64,000 nucleotides of DNA from an uncultured Oscillospiraceae bacterium (GTDB lineage Bacteria > Bacillota > Clostridia > Oscillospirales > Ruminococcaceae): assembly GCA_964622315.1 (NCBI GenBank), contig CAZUOY010000004.1, forward strand, positions 2,064 to 66,063, given 5' to 3'. Under the pieces are notes generated by a model. The model saw only the letters and a list, made by a program, of their open reading frames with translations, did no database searches and was not told the origin of the DNA. The first letter of the stretch is position 1; each line of letters begins with the position of its first letter. Below, piece by piece: positions 34,968 through 43,664 of the stretch. Position numbers and translations under genes: made by a program.

Positions 34968-36095
34968 ATGAAAAGCAACGAATTAATTGAAGGGTTTGCT
35001 AATTGTTTCATCTGTATTAGTTATAAATTGCATGATGATACTTACGGGGATTATCGACATTCAACAGCTTGTACTTTTACCAAATATGACCGGAATATTA
35101 ACATGTTTCCATCAGTTGAATCAACTAAAAGCAAAATGGAAATTGAAAAACTCTTGGACCATTTATACTCTATTCTTCCTGCGTTAAGAATAATTATAGA
35201 TAGAGATATTTACTTGCAAAGAGTTTTGCATTCCGTTGATACTATTTGGAGAAGCATCTTTAACGGTTTAAAAAACGCTTTTGATAAAGATATTTTAAAT
35301 GATGTTTCTATTATGTTCCCCTTTCTAAGAGCACATGGTTTGGGTGGGCATCCGTTGCTGTCTTTTCCATTGATTGTAAATTATCGAACGGGAGAACAAG
35401 AATTATGGGTAATTGAACCAATTCCAACAATTATTGACAATTCTCGCGAAAATGGAACTGAAGAAGCTATGTCTTTTGATACATTAGAAGACTACACGAT
35501 AAATTGTGACACATTAATGAGAACATCTCGTTTTATAGATTCATCTATATACAGTTACCCTCTGGATAATCCAAATGCTGACTGTAAGCATGTGCAGATT
35601 CATGAATCCTATATTTTGAAAAAACTATTAGAACACAGTTTTAAAATAGAATTAGGTGACGATAGAGTTAAAAAATGTGTAACAACCCAAGGCTTAGTTA
35701 CACCCACAAGAATGAAGAAATCATCGAGTATTACAATAACTTTCAATTCTGAAACTATCTTGATGGGAATTAACCAAGTGGAGTTTGATGCCTACCGACA
35801 AAAAGCAATAAAAGCCATCGTAGAAACCTGCATATATCGCAGCGTTTATTTTGGATTTATGGAAACTGAACAAATCACTCAATCTGAAAGTACTTCAATT
35901 CGAATTTACGAACAACTTAACAGAGCACGTTTTCTGAAGAAAATAGCTAAACCAAATTCTGTGGTTTTACCTCCAGCAAGCATAGAAAGCATAAATAGTT
36001 ATCTCCAAATAGAACAAATGAAAAATGTGCGCAATGCTTCTGAAATTGCAGGCACTCTTTTGGGAGCTGCATATAATCAAATTGAACCACCTTAA
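34968..36095 (+). CDS. Hypothetical protein B of orphan cassette
   Basis: RBS AAAGGGAAATTT before the ATG. Same strand and composition as protein A. No recognisable motif. Confidence 0.6.
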   Translation: MKSNELIEGFANCFICISYKLHDDTYGDYRHSTACTFTKYDRNINMFPSVESTKSKMEIEKLLDHLYSILPALRIIIDRDIYLQRVLHSVDTIWRSIFNGLKNAFDKDILNDVSIMFPFLRAHGLGGHPLLSFPLIVNYRTGEQELWVIEPIPTIIDNSRENGTEEAMSFDTLEDYTINCDTLMRTSRFIDSSIYSYPLDNPNADCKHVQIHESYILKKLLEHSFKIELGDDRVKKCVTTQGLVTPTRMKKSSSITITFNSETILMGINQVEFDAYRQKAIKAIVETCIYRSVYFGFMETEQITQSESTSIRIYEQLNRARFLKKIAKPNSVVLPPASIESINSYLQIEQMKNVRNASEIAGTLLGAAYNQIEPP

Positions 36096-36126
36096 CATAT
36101 CAATTATCTGAGGGTAACAGCAATCC

Positions 36127-36714
36127 TTACGCCAACTCCTTCTCAAAGCTTGGCATCTCCGCCCGTATCATCTTCCTCGCTTTCGTGAGGTCACCCGATA
36201 CCCACTCGTCGAGCTTGTCGGAGGGGATAATCACGGGCATACGGTGGTGGACGTCCTTCGTCGATTCGTTCGCCTCGGTCGTGAGTATCACGAATCTGCG
36301 CTCGCCGTCGAACTCATCCCATACACCCGCCATATAGATAACATCGTCCTTTGGTAGAGTAAAGAGGTATTTATCCTTCTTGCTCTTTCCCGTATCCTTC
36401 CATTCAAAAAAGCCCGTCGCAGGTACGACGCATCTGTTGTTCTCGAATCCGTTCGAGAACATTTTCTTTTCTGTGATGCTTTCACTGCGAGCGTTAACGA
36501 TAACGCCCTTGCCCGTGAAGTGGGGATAGCCCCAAGAGATAAGCTCAGCCGTACATTCCTTGCCGTCAGAGACGAGCACAGGTGCCTTGTCGGTGGGGTA
36601 AATCTCACCCTCTTTGACGGTGGCTTTCCCGTGATACTTCTCGTTAACCTCTTTGATTATCTGCATATATTCCTCGCGGTCATCGTCCGACGAAAACATA
36701 TATCTCCCGCACAT
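36127..36714 (-). CDS. SOS response-associated peptidase (SRAP/YedK family)
   Basis: N-terminal MCGRY with catalytic Cys2; PATGFFEW and HHRMPVI blocks. Confidence 0.85.
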   Translation of the reverse strand: MCGRYMFSSDDDREEYMQIIKEVNEKYHGKATVKEGEIYPTDKAPVLVSDGKECTAELISWGYPHFTGKGVIVNARSESITEKKMFSNGFENNRCVVPATGFFEWKDTGKSKKDKYLFTLPKDDVIYMAGVWDEFDGERRFVILTTEANESTKDVHHRMPVIIPSDKLDEWVSGDLTKARKMIRAEMPSFEKELA

Positions 36715-36775
36715 AGTGTCGCTCCTTCAATAAATATGTCTAAAGTATTCCCGAAATATTTAGAAATATTTCCTG

Positions 36776-36804
36776 TTTACATTTTACCACGGCGGATATA
36801 TAAT
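36776..36804 (+). promoter_or_regulatory. Promoter of the Y-family polymerase gene
   Basis: TTTACA - 17 nt - TATAAT. Confidence 0.55.
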
Positions 36805-36819
36805 TGAAACACAAAAAAA

Positions 36820-36831
36820 GAACAAATGTTC
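36820..36831. promoter_or_regulatory. LexA (Cheo) box GAAC-N4-GTTC
   Basis: aGAACAAATGTTCt lies 15 nt downstream of the -10. It matches the Firmicute LexA operator consensus CGAACnnnnGTTCG at the core. Confidence 0.7.
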
Positions 36832-36849
36832 TCACTGGAGCTGATTTTT

Positions 36850-38091
36850 TTGGAAAGGACAATTTTGCATTGTGATTTAAATGGGTTTTACGCTTCGGTG
36901 GAATGTTTTTACCACCCCGAGCTGAGACCTTTTCCTGTTGCTGTGGCGGGAGACCCCGAACAGCGGCATGGAATTATTCTTGCCAAAAACAGCGTGGCAA
37001 AGAAGTACAACATCAAGACGGGTGAGGCGATATGGCAGGCGAAACGCAAGTGCCCGAATCTAATCTGCCTTACTCCAAACTATGACCTATATGCAAAGCA
37101 CTCGCAGTTGGCAAGGGAGATTTATCAGGAGTATTCCGACAAGGTAGAAAGCTTCGGACCTGACGAGTGTTGGCTTGACGCTACGGGCGGAGTAGCTTCT
37201 TTTTCTGATGGCAAGCTTCTTGCCGACGAGATAAGGGAACGAATCAAGGCAGAGCTTGGGATAACCGCTTCGGTAGGAGTGAGCTTCAATAAGATATTCG
37301 CGAAGCTCGGCTCGGACTACAGAAAGCCAGACGCGACGACGGTAATCTCCGAGCAGAACTTCAAGGAAATCGTCTGGCCGTTGAGCGCGAACGATATGAT
37401 ATATGTCGGTCCCTCTACGGCGAGAAAGCTTGAGCGGTTCGCCATTCATACTCTTGGAGATGTAGCGAACGCCGATGTGGAGTTTCTTAAAAACAGGCTC
37501 GGCAAAGCGGGGGTTGTCCTGTGGCAATGGGCGAACGGTAAGGACTATTCACAGGTGCGGCAGTATCAAGCTTCGCCCGAAATCAAGAGCATAGGCAACA
37601 GCACTACCGCACCGCACGACCTCGCGACGGATAACGATATACGAATTACACTTAGACTTTTGAGCGAAAGTGTGGCGTCAAGACTTCGTGACGGCAACTA
37701 CCGCTGTCGGACGGTGCAGGTATCTATGCGGCAGACCGACCTATTCTATTACGAACGACAGATGGCGTTACCGTACCCGACAGCAGAGAGCGAAAGCATC
37801 TACGAGGCGGCGTACAGGCTTTTATGCAAGCACTCGTTCGAGGAGAAGCCGCTTCGCTCGGTTGGAGTGCGGGGAATGAACCTCGTGGACGATTCGGTCA
37901 CTCAGCTTAGTTTGTATCCTGAAATTCAGGCAATGCAGCAACAGGAGGAGCTTGAGCGGGCGATAGATTCACTCCGTAACCGCTTTGGCTTTCAGATAGT
38001 CAAACGCGGGCTTATGATGACCGACAACGCTCTATCTGCGCTTGACGCGAAGGGCGACCACACGGTGCACCCCGAGAGCTATTTTCGTTAA
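36850..38091 (+). CDS. dinB: Y-family DNA polymerase (DinB/ImpB-MucB-SamB family)
   Basis: ILHCDLNGFYASVE, SVGVSFNKIFAKLGSDYRKPD and little-finger region. TTG 36850 with GGAG 9 nt upstream is preferred because ATG 36826 lies inside the LexA box. Confidence 0.85.
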   Translation: MERTILHCDLNGFYASVECFYHPELRPFPVAVAGDPEQRHGIILAKNSVAKKYNIKTGEAIWQAKRKCPNLICLTPNYDLYAKHSQLAREIYQEYSDKVESFGPDECWLDATGGVASFSDGKLLADEIRERIKAELGITASVGVSFNKIFAKLGSDYRKPDATTVISEQNFKEIVWPLSANDMIYVGPSTARKLERFAIHTLGDVANADVEFLKNRLGKAGVVLWQWANGKDYSQVRQYQASPEIKSIGNSTTAPHDLATDNDIRITLRLLSESVASRLRDGNYRCRTVQVSMRQTDLFYYERQMALPYPTAESESIYEAAYRLLCKHSFEEKPLRSVGVRGMNLVDDSVTQLSLYPEIQAMQQQEELERAIDSLRNRFGFQIVKRGLMMTDNALSALDAKGDHTVHPESYFR

Positions 38092-38106
38092 AAAGGAGGC
38101 GGTAAA

Positions 38107-38343
38107 ATGGATTACAAAATCTATGTGAGAGTTAAGTCGGAAACCGACACGGACGGAAATATCGTTCCGACGCATATCATTTGGTCAGATGACCGAGAGT
38201 TCCCGATAGATAGAGTAATTGATGTCAGAAAAGCCGCCAGCACAAAAGCGGGCGGTCTTGGGCTTCGATATACCGTTCGTATTGACAATAAGGAGCGATT
38301 CCTCTATTACGAAGCTCCACGCTGGTTTGTTGAGAGGAAGTAG
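38107..38343 (+). CDS. Small conserved-looking protein following the polymerase gene
   Basis: RBS AGGAGGCGG; 78 aa; ends RYTVRIDNKERFLYYEAPRWFVE. Polymerase-accessory role is inferred from position only. Confidence 0.5.
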   Translation: MDYKIYVRVKSETDTDGNIVPTHIIWSDDREFPIDRVIDVRKAASTKAGGLGLRYTVRIDNKERFLYYEAPRWFVERK

Positions 38344-38347
38344 TAGT

Positions 38348-38530
38348 ATGAACAGATACTTTGTACGAGATATGACCGAGCTTTATCGGCAACACACCAA
38401 CGCAGACCTATACGAGCAACAGATTGATACGCTTAAATGCCTGCTTCAAAGCGGCGCAATAACAAAAGAGCAGTATGAGCATAGCGAGAGGGTATTGAAG
38501 CAAAATATGGAAGCAGTGGTTTCGTTATAA
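38348..38530 (+). CDS. Small hypothetical protein (60 aa)
   Basis: ATG 38348 directly follows the upstream stop; helical, no motif. Confidence 0.35.
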   Translation: MNRYFVRDMTELYRQHTNADLYEQQIDTLKCLLQSGAITKEQYEHSERVLKQNMEAVVSL

Positions 38531-38703
38531 GCGGTGATAGATATATAATAATAAGTTCTGCGTAGCGAATTGCTCCTTATTGACAAAAAACGACAAAAAC
38601 AAACCCATATGTTGTTATTTTGTTTAAAAACGGTGTATAATGGGGATGTTCTTGTAATCGCAATTAAGATTCAGCGGATAATAAAGTCAAAGAGGAAAGT
38701 ATA

Positions 38704-40509
38704 ATGGGATATCAAGCAAAATTGCAGAAAGTACATATTAAAAACTTTAGGTCAATAGTTGACGAAACGATTTATTTTGATAATTTTAATATTTATGTGG
38801 GACTCAATGATTGTGGAAAATCAAATGTTCTGAAAGCATTAAATCTTTTTTTTAATGGGCAAACTGAAAATGGTCATTTGCTTGATTTCCCCCGAGATTA
38901 TGCTCAACATGGTAAGACGGGAAAAGGAAAAGCTAAAGAAATTGTAATAGAAATCAGCCTAATTATACCAGATAATTTTAAAGAGGCCGGAATAAAATCT
39001 TGGAAAAAAGTTTGGCGCGATAATGATTTGTTTAGTGATAACTTATCTGAAATTGTTGATGAATATTCAAAATGTACAACTTTACTTAAAAGAATCAAGT
39101 TTGAGTATATTCCTGCCGTAAAAAGTGAATCTTTCTTTCAAGAACTCTTACTTGAATTATACAATTCAATGACAATTTCCGCAGATAGTGCACTCCATAC
39201 AGCAAACTTGGAGTATTCTAAAGCTCTAACTGAGCTTACTCAAAATTTAAGTGAAAATGTCAAAAATAAAGTAGGTTTAGACTCAAGCGTAATGATGCCT
39301 GACAAGCTTTCAGTTCTATTTAGAAATTTAAAAATTAATACAAAAGATGAAAACATTAAGGATATTGATTTAAATCATCGTGGTGATGGGATAAAAGCTC
39401 GCCATATACCATCAATATTATTAACAATTGCCCATAATATTAAGAACTCAAGAAAAAGGAATTCTGTTGATTATTCATTTATATGGGGCTACGAAGAACC
39501 AGAAAATGGAGTTGAGTTTTTTGCTTGCTCGCAATTAGCTGATGAACTGTACTCATATTCAAAAGAGTTACAATTAATAATAACAACCCATTCACCAGCC
39601 ATATATTCAAAAAGCAATATGCAAGACTGCAAATGCTATTATGTGTATAAAACAGAATGTGGTGACTCAAAGTACGATACAAATTATAGTTTTATTGAGT
39701 TAAATAAAAATATAGGCTTAATGCCATTAATTGCTCCTTACGTTCAAGATTTTCAAAAAGTGATAGAAGAGAGGAGCAGTGCAATAAGTTCTTTAGAAGA
39801 AGAGAACAAGCGCATAAATCAGATGACAAATCGTGTAATTCTATATACAGAGGGAAAAACGGATGTTAAATATCTCAAAAAGGCTTTTGAAACATTTAAA
39901 GAATATGGAGATGTCTCGCATAGAATTGAGTATTATGATATAGAAAATGCACGGTTTACAGGGGACGGTGAACTCAAGAAAATTTTTGATTACTTACAAA
40001 AAGGTAATGATTCCAATATTAAGATTATGATGTTCGATAGGGATGTTGAAGACAAAATTATAGAGTACGAATTTGAAAAGGGACAAAACAAAGTGTATCG
40101 CTTTAATATTCCTATTCCACCCCACCGTAAATCTAATGACAAGATTTCAATAGAACATTTTATTGAAGATGATAATTTGTCAGTGGTTGATACGATGGGA
40201 CGACGCTTGTTCATGGCAAAAGATTTCGATTATAAGGGAATCTCATTAGATGGAAAATACACATTTAACCATGCTAAGAATCCGTTAGACGCTAAATACA
40301 ATCCTCTGGAAATAATTAATGGTTCTGCAGATAAAAAAGTCTTTAGTGTTAATCCTAACGATAATAAAAACTATGCAATGTCCAAGGATGACTTTGTTAA
40401 TCATATAATTAATGAGGATGAGGGCTTCTGCTTTGATTTATCTGTATACAAACTAATCTTAGATTTAATATGCAGAATTATTGCAGATGCAGATACGAGT
40501 AAAACATAA
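38704..40509 (+). CDS. OLD-family-like ABC ATPase fused to a Toprim-like C-terminal domain (class-1 OLD or fused PARIS AriA-AriB-like)
   Basis: IKNFRSI..VGLNDCGKSNVLKAL (Walker A), YEEPENGV (Walker B), IITTHSP (H-loop). C-terminal VILYTEGKTDVKYLK and IMMFDRDVED (Toprim-type E ... DxD). 601 aa, AT-rich. Confidence 0.65.
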   Translation: MGYQAKLQKVHIKNFRSIVDETIYFDNFNIYVGLNDCGKSNVLKALNLFFNGQTENGHLLDFPRDYAQHGKTGKGKAKEIVIEISLIIPDNFKEAGIKSWKKVWRDNDLFSDNLSEIVDEYSKCTTLLKRIKFEYIPAVKSESFFQELLLELYNSMTISADSALHTANLEYSKALTELTQNLSENVKNKVGLDSSVMMPDKLSVLFRNLKINTKDENIKDIDLNHRGDGIKARHIPSILLTIAHNIKNSRKRNSVDYSFIWGYEEPENGVEFFACSQLADELYSYSKELQLIITTHSPAIYSKSNMQDCKCYYVYKTECGDSKYDTNYSFIELNKNIGLMPLIAPYVQDFQKVIEERSSAISSLEEENKRINQMTNRVILYTEGKTDVKYLKKAFETFKEYGDVSHRIEYYDIENARFTGDGELKKIFDYLQKGNDSNIKIMMFDRDVEDKIIEYEFEKGQNKVYRFNIPIPPHRKSNDKISIEHFIEDDNLSVVDTMGRRLFMAKDFDYKGISLDGKYTFNHAKNPLDAKYNPLEIINGSADKKVFSVNPNDNKNYAMSKDDFVNHIINEDEGFCFDLSVYKLILDLICRIIADADTSKT

Positions 40510-40869
40510 TTTTACATTAATGAAATTTATTTATATTAATTAAAACAATTTTTGTATACATGAGATACAAATACATAAATAACCCAGAAGGGAAAGCAAC
40601 TTTGCGGTGCGATATTTTACAGTATTTATTTTTTCATTCAAGAGCGTGATTAATGATAAATAGGATGTAATAATCAATTTGGTGATTGGTAGGATGTTGT
40701 TTATAAGTGAATTCAACCCCAAACTATTGCGCTTGGGAACACATTGTGTTAGCCGACTATATAGAATAAGGTTTTTACAGTTATCGAATATATTGTGTGA
40801 TGAGTTGTAAGCATTTAGGCTAAAATGTTATAATAATGAAAAGTAAAACCCTCATGCAGGGAAAAATGA

Positions 40870-41124
40870 ACCGAACCCTTACCTCAACTATCAAACATTC
40901 ATGTATCAAATGATATGCGCGGGCAAGGAATCGGTAAGGAATTATTCAACATGGCAAAGGCATGGGCGAAAAATAGGCAGGCGGATAAACTATATATTTC
41001 TGCCCATTCCTCAGTCGAGAGTCAGGCTTTCTATAAAGCTATGGGGTGCGAAGAGGCGGCGGAATATAATTAACAGCTGGCGGAAAAAGAGCCCTGCGAC
41101 TGTCAAATGGAGTGCGTGTTATAA
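40870..41124 (+). pseudogene. GNAT acetyltransferase remnant: 5'-truncated with an in-frame TAA at 41071
   Basis: Frame shifted from ORF 40901..41167. It reads ..LSNIHVSNDMRGQGIGKELFNMAKAWAKNRQADKLYISAHSSVESQAFYKAMGCEEAAEYN-stop-QLAEKEPCDCQMECVL. The R/Q-x-x-G-x-G AcCoA motif is present and the N-terminal half is absent. Confidence 0.7.
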
Positions 41125-41495
41125 GTGCGATTTGATGTGTAATCAGGTGCATTATCGGAAAATTTGACACCCGAAGAAAATCTATATATACTTTGCTTGA
41201 AACAGGGTTATCGTCGTTAATACCGCTCGGGAGATGTCCCCTTGGGGTCGATTGCGACAGATACCCTGTTTTTATTTTATTAAGATGAAATAAAAAGGGT
41301 TAAAGCAAATTCGTCAGAAACAAAAAAACAAACCATCATAGTTACAGGCGCTCAGGCTGCAATTGCCGTCAGCAGTAACAAATTTTGATTCTAAAGCAAG
41401 AATTCAAAATTAGTCAATTACGAATTGCCGAATCGTACTTGACTAAATATTTATCCTATGATATATTGTATGCGTAAGAAAACGGAGGTGACGGT

Positions 41496-42884
41496 ATGTT
41501 TATCGGAAGAAACAGCGAGCTTGATACGCTAAATAAGCTTTACAGTTCCGAAAGGTTCGAGTTTGCGGTTATCTACGGCCGCCGCCGCGTCGGGAAAACC
41601 GCGCTTATTAATGAGTTTATCAGCGACAAAAGGGCGATATACTTTATGGGCGTTGAGAGCAACGAAAAACAGAACCTCGAAAATTTCAGTAAAAGCGTGA
41701 TTGAATTCAGTTCGGGGATAGCCGCCGAGACTTCGTTTTTATCGTTTCAGCACGCTATTGAGTATGTTTTTGAGCTTGCGAAAAAGGAACGGATTATACT
41801 CGCGATTGACGAGTATCCGTATGTTGCGCGGGCGTCAAAAAGTCTCGCTTCTACGCTCCAGTTACTGATTGACAAAAACAAAGATACATCGAAGCTGATG
41901 CTTATACTCTGCGGCTCTTCTATGTCATATATGGAGGACAACGTTCTCGCTTATAAGGCACCGCTGTACGGAAGAAAAACCGCGCAGATAAAGCTCCTTC
42001 CCTTTAGCTTTTGGGAAACCTGCAGATATTTTACCGGCTTTTCCGCTGAGGACAAGGCGCTGATATACGGTATTGTCGGAGGAACGCCGCAGTATCTTCT
42101 TCAGATGAACGATAGCCTGAGCGTAGCGGAGAATATAAAGAACACTTTTTTGAATCCGACCTCGTCGCTGTATGAGGAGTCCGAAAACCTTCTGAAGCAA
42201 GAGGTTCGCGAGCCGTCGCTTTACAACGCGATTATCACGGCGATAGCTAACGGAGCTACTCGAATGTCTGAAATATCAGGCAAAGTGGGCGAAGACACCA
42301 ACGTATGCTCGACCTATCTCAAGAATCTCACAACTCTCGGAATAGTTAAAAAGGAAACACCTTACGGCGAAAAGGTTTCTCACAAATCGATATACTCTAT
42401 TGAAGACAATATGTTTAAGTTTTGGTATCGCTTTGTGCCGGAGAACAATTCGTTAATAGCGCGCGGAGCGGCGGAGCTTGCATACAAACGCATTGAGCCG
42501 CACCTTAACGAATATATGGGAAAGATATTTGAGGATATCTGCGCTCAATACCTATGGCGTCGGCTTCTTTCGGGGAGCTGTCCCGTTCGGTTTTCTTCTC
42601 TCGGCAGATGGTGGGGAAACGACCCGAACGAGAAAAAGCAGACAGAGATAGATATTATGGGCGAGCAGGACAAGAGTACTGCGCTTTTTGCGGAGTGTAA
42701 ATGGACGAACGAAAAGGTAGACGAAGAGGTCCTCGGCACGATTATAAAGCGAAGTAAACTTTTCGGCTATACGAAGACGCACCTGTTTTTATTTGCTAAG
42801 AGTGGGTTTACAAAAAGCTGTGAGGTCAAAGCCGCCCAGCTCGGAAATGTCACGCTTGTTAATTACAAAGATATGATTGAATGA
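41496..42884 (+). CDS. ATP-binding protein (archaeal-type ATPase domain plus DUF234)
   Basis: FIGRNSEL..L.......FAVIYGRRRVGKTALI Walker A, ILAIDEYPY Walker B, C-terminal EIDIMGE..ALFAECKW DUF234-like block. Confidence 0.8.
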   Translation: MFIGRNSELDTLNKLYSSERFEFAVIYGRRRVGKTALINEFISDKRAIYFMGVESNEKQNLENFSKSVIEFSSGIAAETSFLSFQHAIEYVFELAKKERIILAIDEYPYVARASKSLASTLQLLIDKNKDTSKLMLILCGSSMSYMEDNVLAYKAPLYGRKTAQIKLLPFSFWETCRYFTGFSAEDKALIYGIVGGTPQYLLQMNDSLSVAENIKNTFLNPTSSLYEESENLLKQEVREPSLYNAIITAIANGATRMSEISGKVGEDTNVCSTYLKNLTTLGIVKKETPYGEKVSHKSIYSIEDNMFKFWYRFVPENNSLIARGAAELAYKRIEPHLNEYMGKIFEDICAQYLWRRLLSGSCPVRFSSLGRWWGNDPNEKKQTEIDIMGEQDKSTALFAECKWTNEKVDEEVLGTIIKRSKLFGYTKTHLFLFAKSGFTKSCEVKAAQLGNVTLVNYKDMIE

Positions 42885-43006
42885 AAAAGGCAGACTGTTA
42901 TTCAGTCTGCTTTTTTGTTATTTTGTGGTTACTGTCCGTTTTTTGGGACGGCTCGGATGATATAATACGGGTGTAAGAGAGAAGAAGGATTTTTAGAGGA
43001 GGATGT

Positions 43007-43222
43007 ATGGGCGATATATTTAATCCGATGAAATGTCAGGTGGAGTTACTGAGAATAATACAGAACTCGAAACTATCTCTGAATTCCGAACATGAGATTT
43101 TAATGACTCTAAAAAAATTCCGAAAAGAACAAAGAGAAAATATGGCGCAAAGTCTTATCAATTTAATACAGTCAAGTCGAACCGAAGAAGCAATTATTGA
43201 GAAGCTGAAAGCGCTCGATTAA
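43007..43222 (+). CDS. Small hypothetical protein (71 aa)
   Basis: Strong RBS AGAGGAGGATGT before the ATG; helical. Confidence 0.45.
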   Translation: MGDIFNPMKCQVELLRIIQNSKLSLNSEHEILMTLKKFRKEQRENMAQSLINLIQSSRTEEAIIEKLKALD

Positions 43223-43253
43223 ACTACACATAAAATTAATAGGAGGGTTTACC

Positions 43254-43433
43254 ATGTTTTTAGACGGTGACGGAAAACTGTTTGATTTCGACGAAAACGG
43301 AAGGCTTAATTCTTTTGAGCAGAGCGAAATGGAGCTCTTTGAGTTCGGCGACGGCAGTATGCACGAGCCGAACGGCGTAGACATCTATGATGAAGACGAT
43401 TTTGACGACGACGAGGATGACGACGATTTTTAG
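43254..43433 (+). CDS. Small highly acidic protein (59 aa) with DxDxDG-like start
   Basis: RBS AGGAGGG. MFLDGDGKLFDFDENGRLNSFEQSEMELFEFGDGSMHEPNGVDIYDEDDFDDDEDDDDF. Below the ORF-track cutoff. Confidence 0.45.
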   Translation: MFLDGDGKLFDFDENGRLNSFEQSEMELFEFGDGSMHEPNGVDIYDEDDFDDDEDDDDF

Positions 43434-43664
43434 GAGGCAGCGATAAAGACTATTGTTTAGTGTTTAGTTTTTCGCTTGCCGTATCCCCGAAAATGCTATA
43501 ATATATACATATAAAATAAATAAAAAACAAAACCGTTACGCAAATACTGCGTAGCGGTTATTTTTTTGCTCTTTTTTCGGAGCACATATTACTTTTTAGA
43601 AAGGACGGGTGTAAACAAATAGCAAGTGAATACATACAAGCAATAATGGCAATAATTGTATTGA

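Noticed and set aside
40901-41167. 88-aa ORF MYQMICAGKESVRNYSTWQ...
   Set aside because: The neighbouring frame encodes an obvious GNAT C-terminal half. This ORF is the off-frame reading of that remnant.
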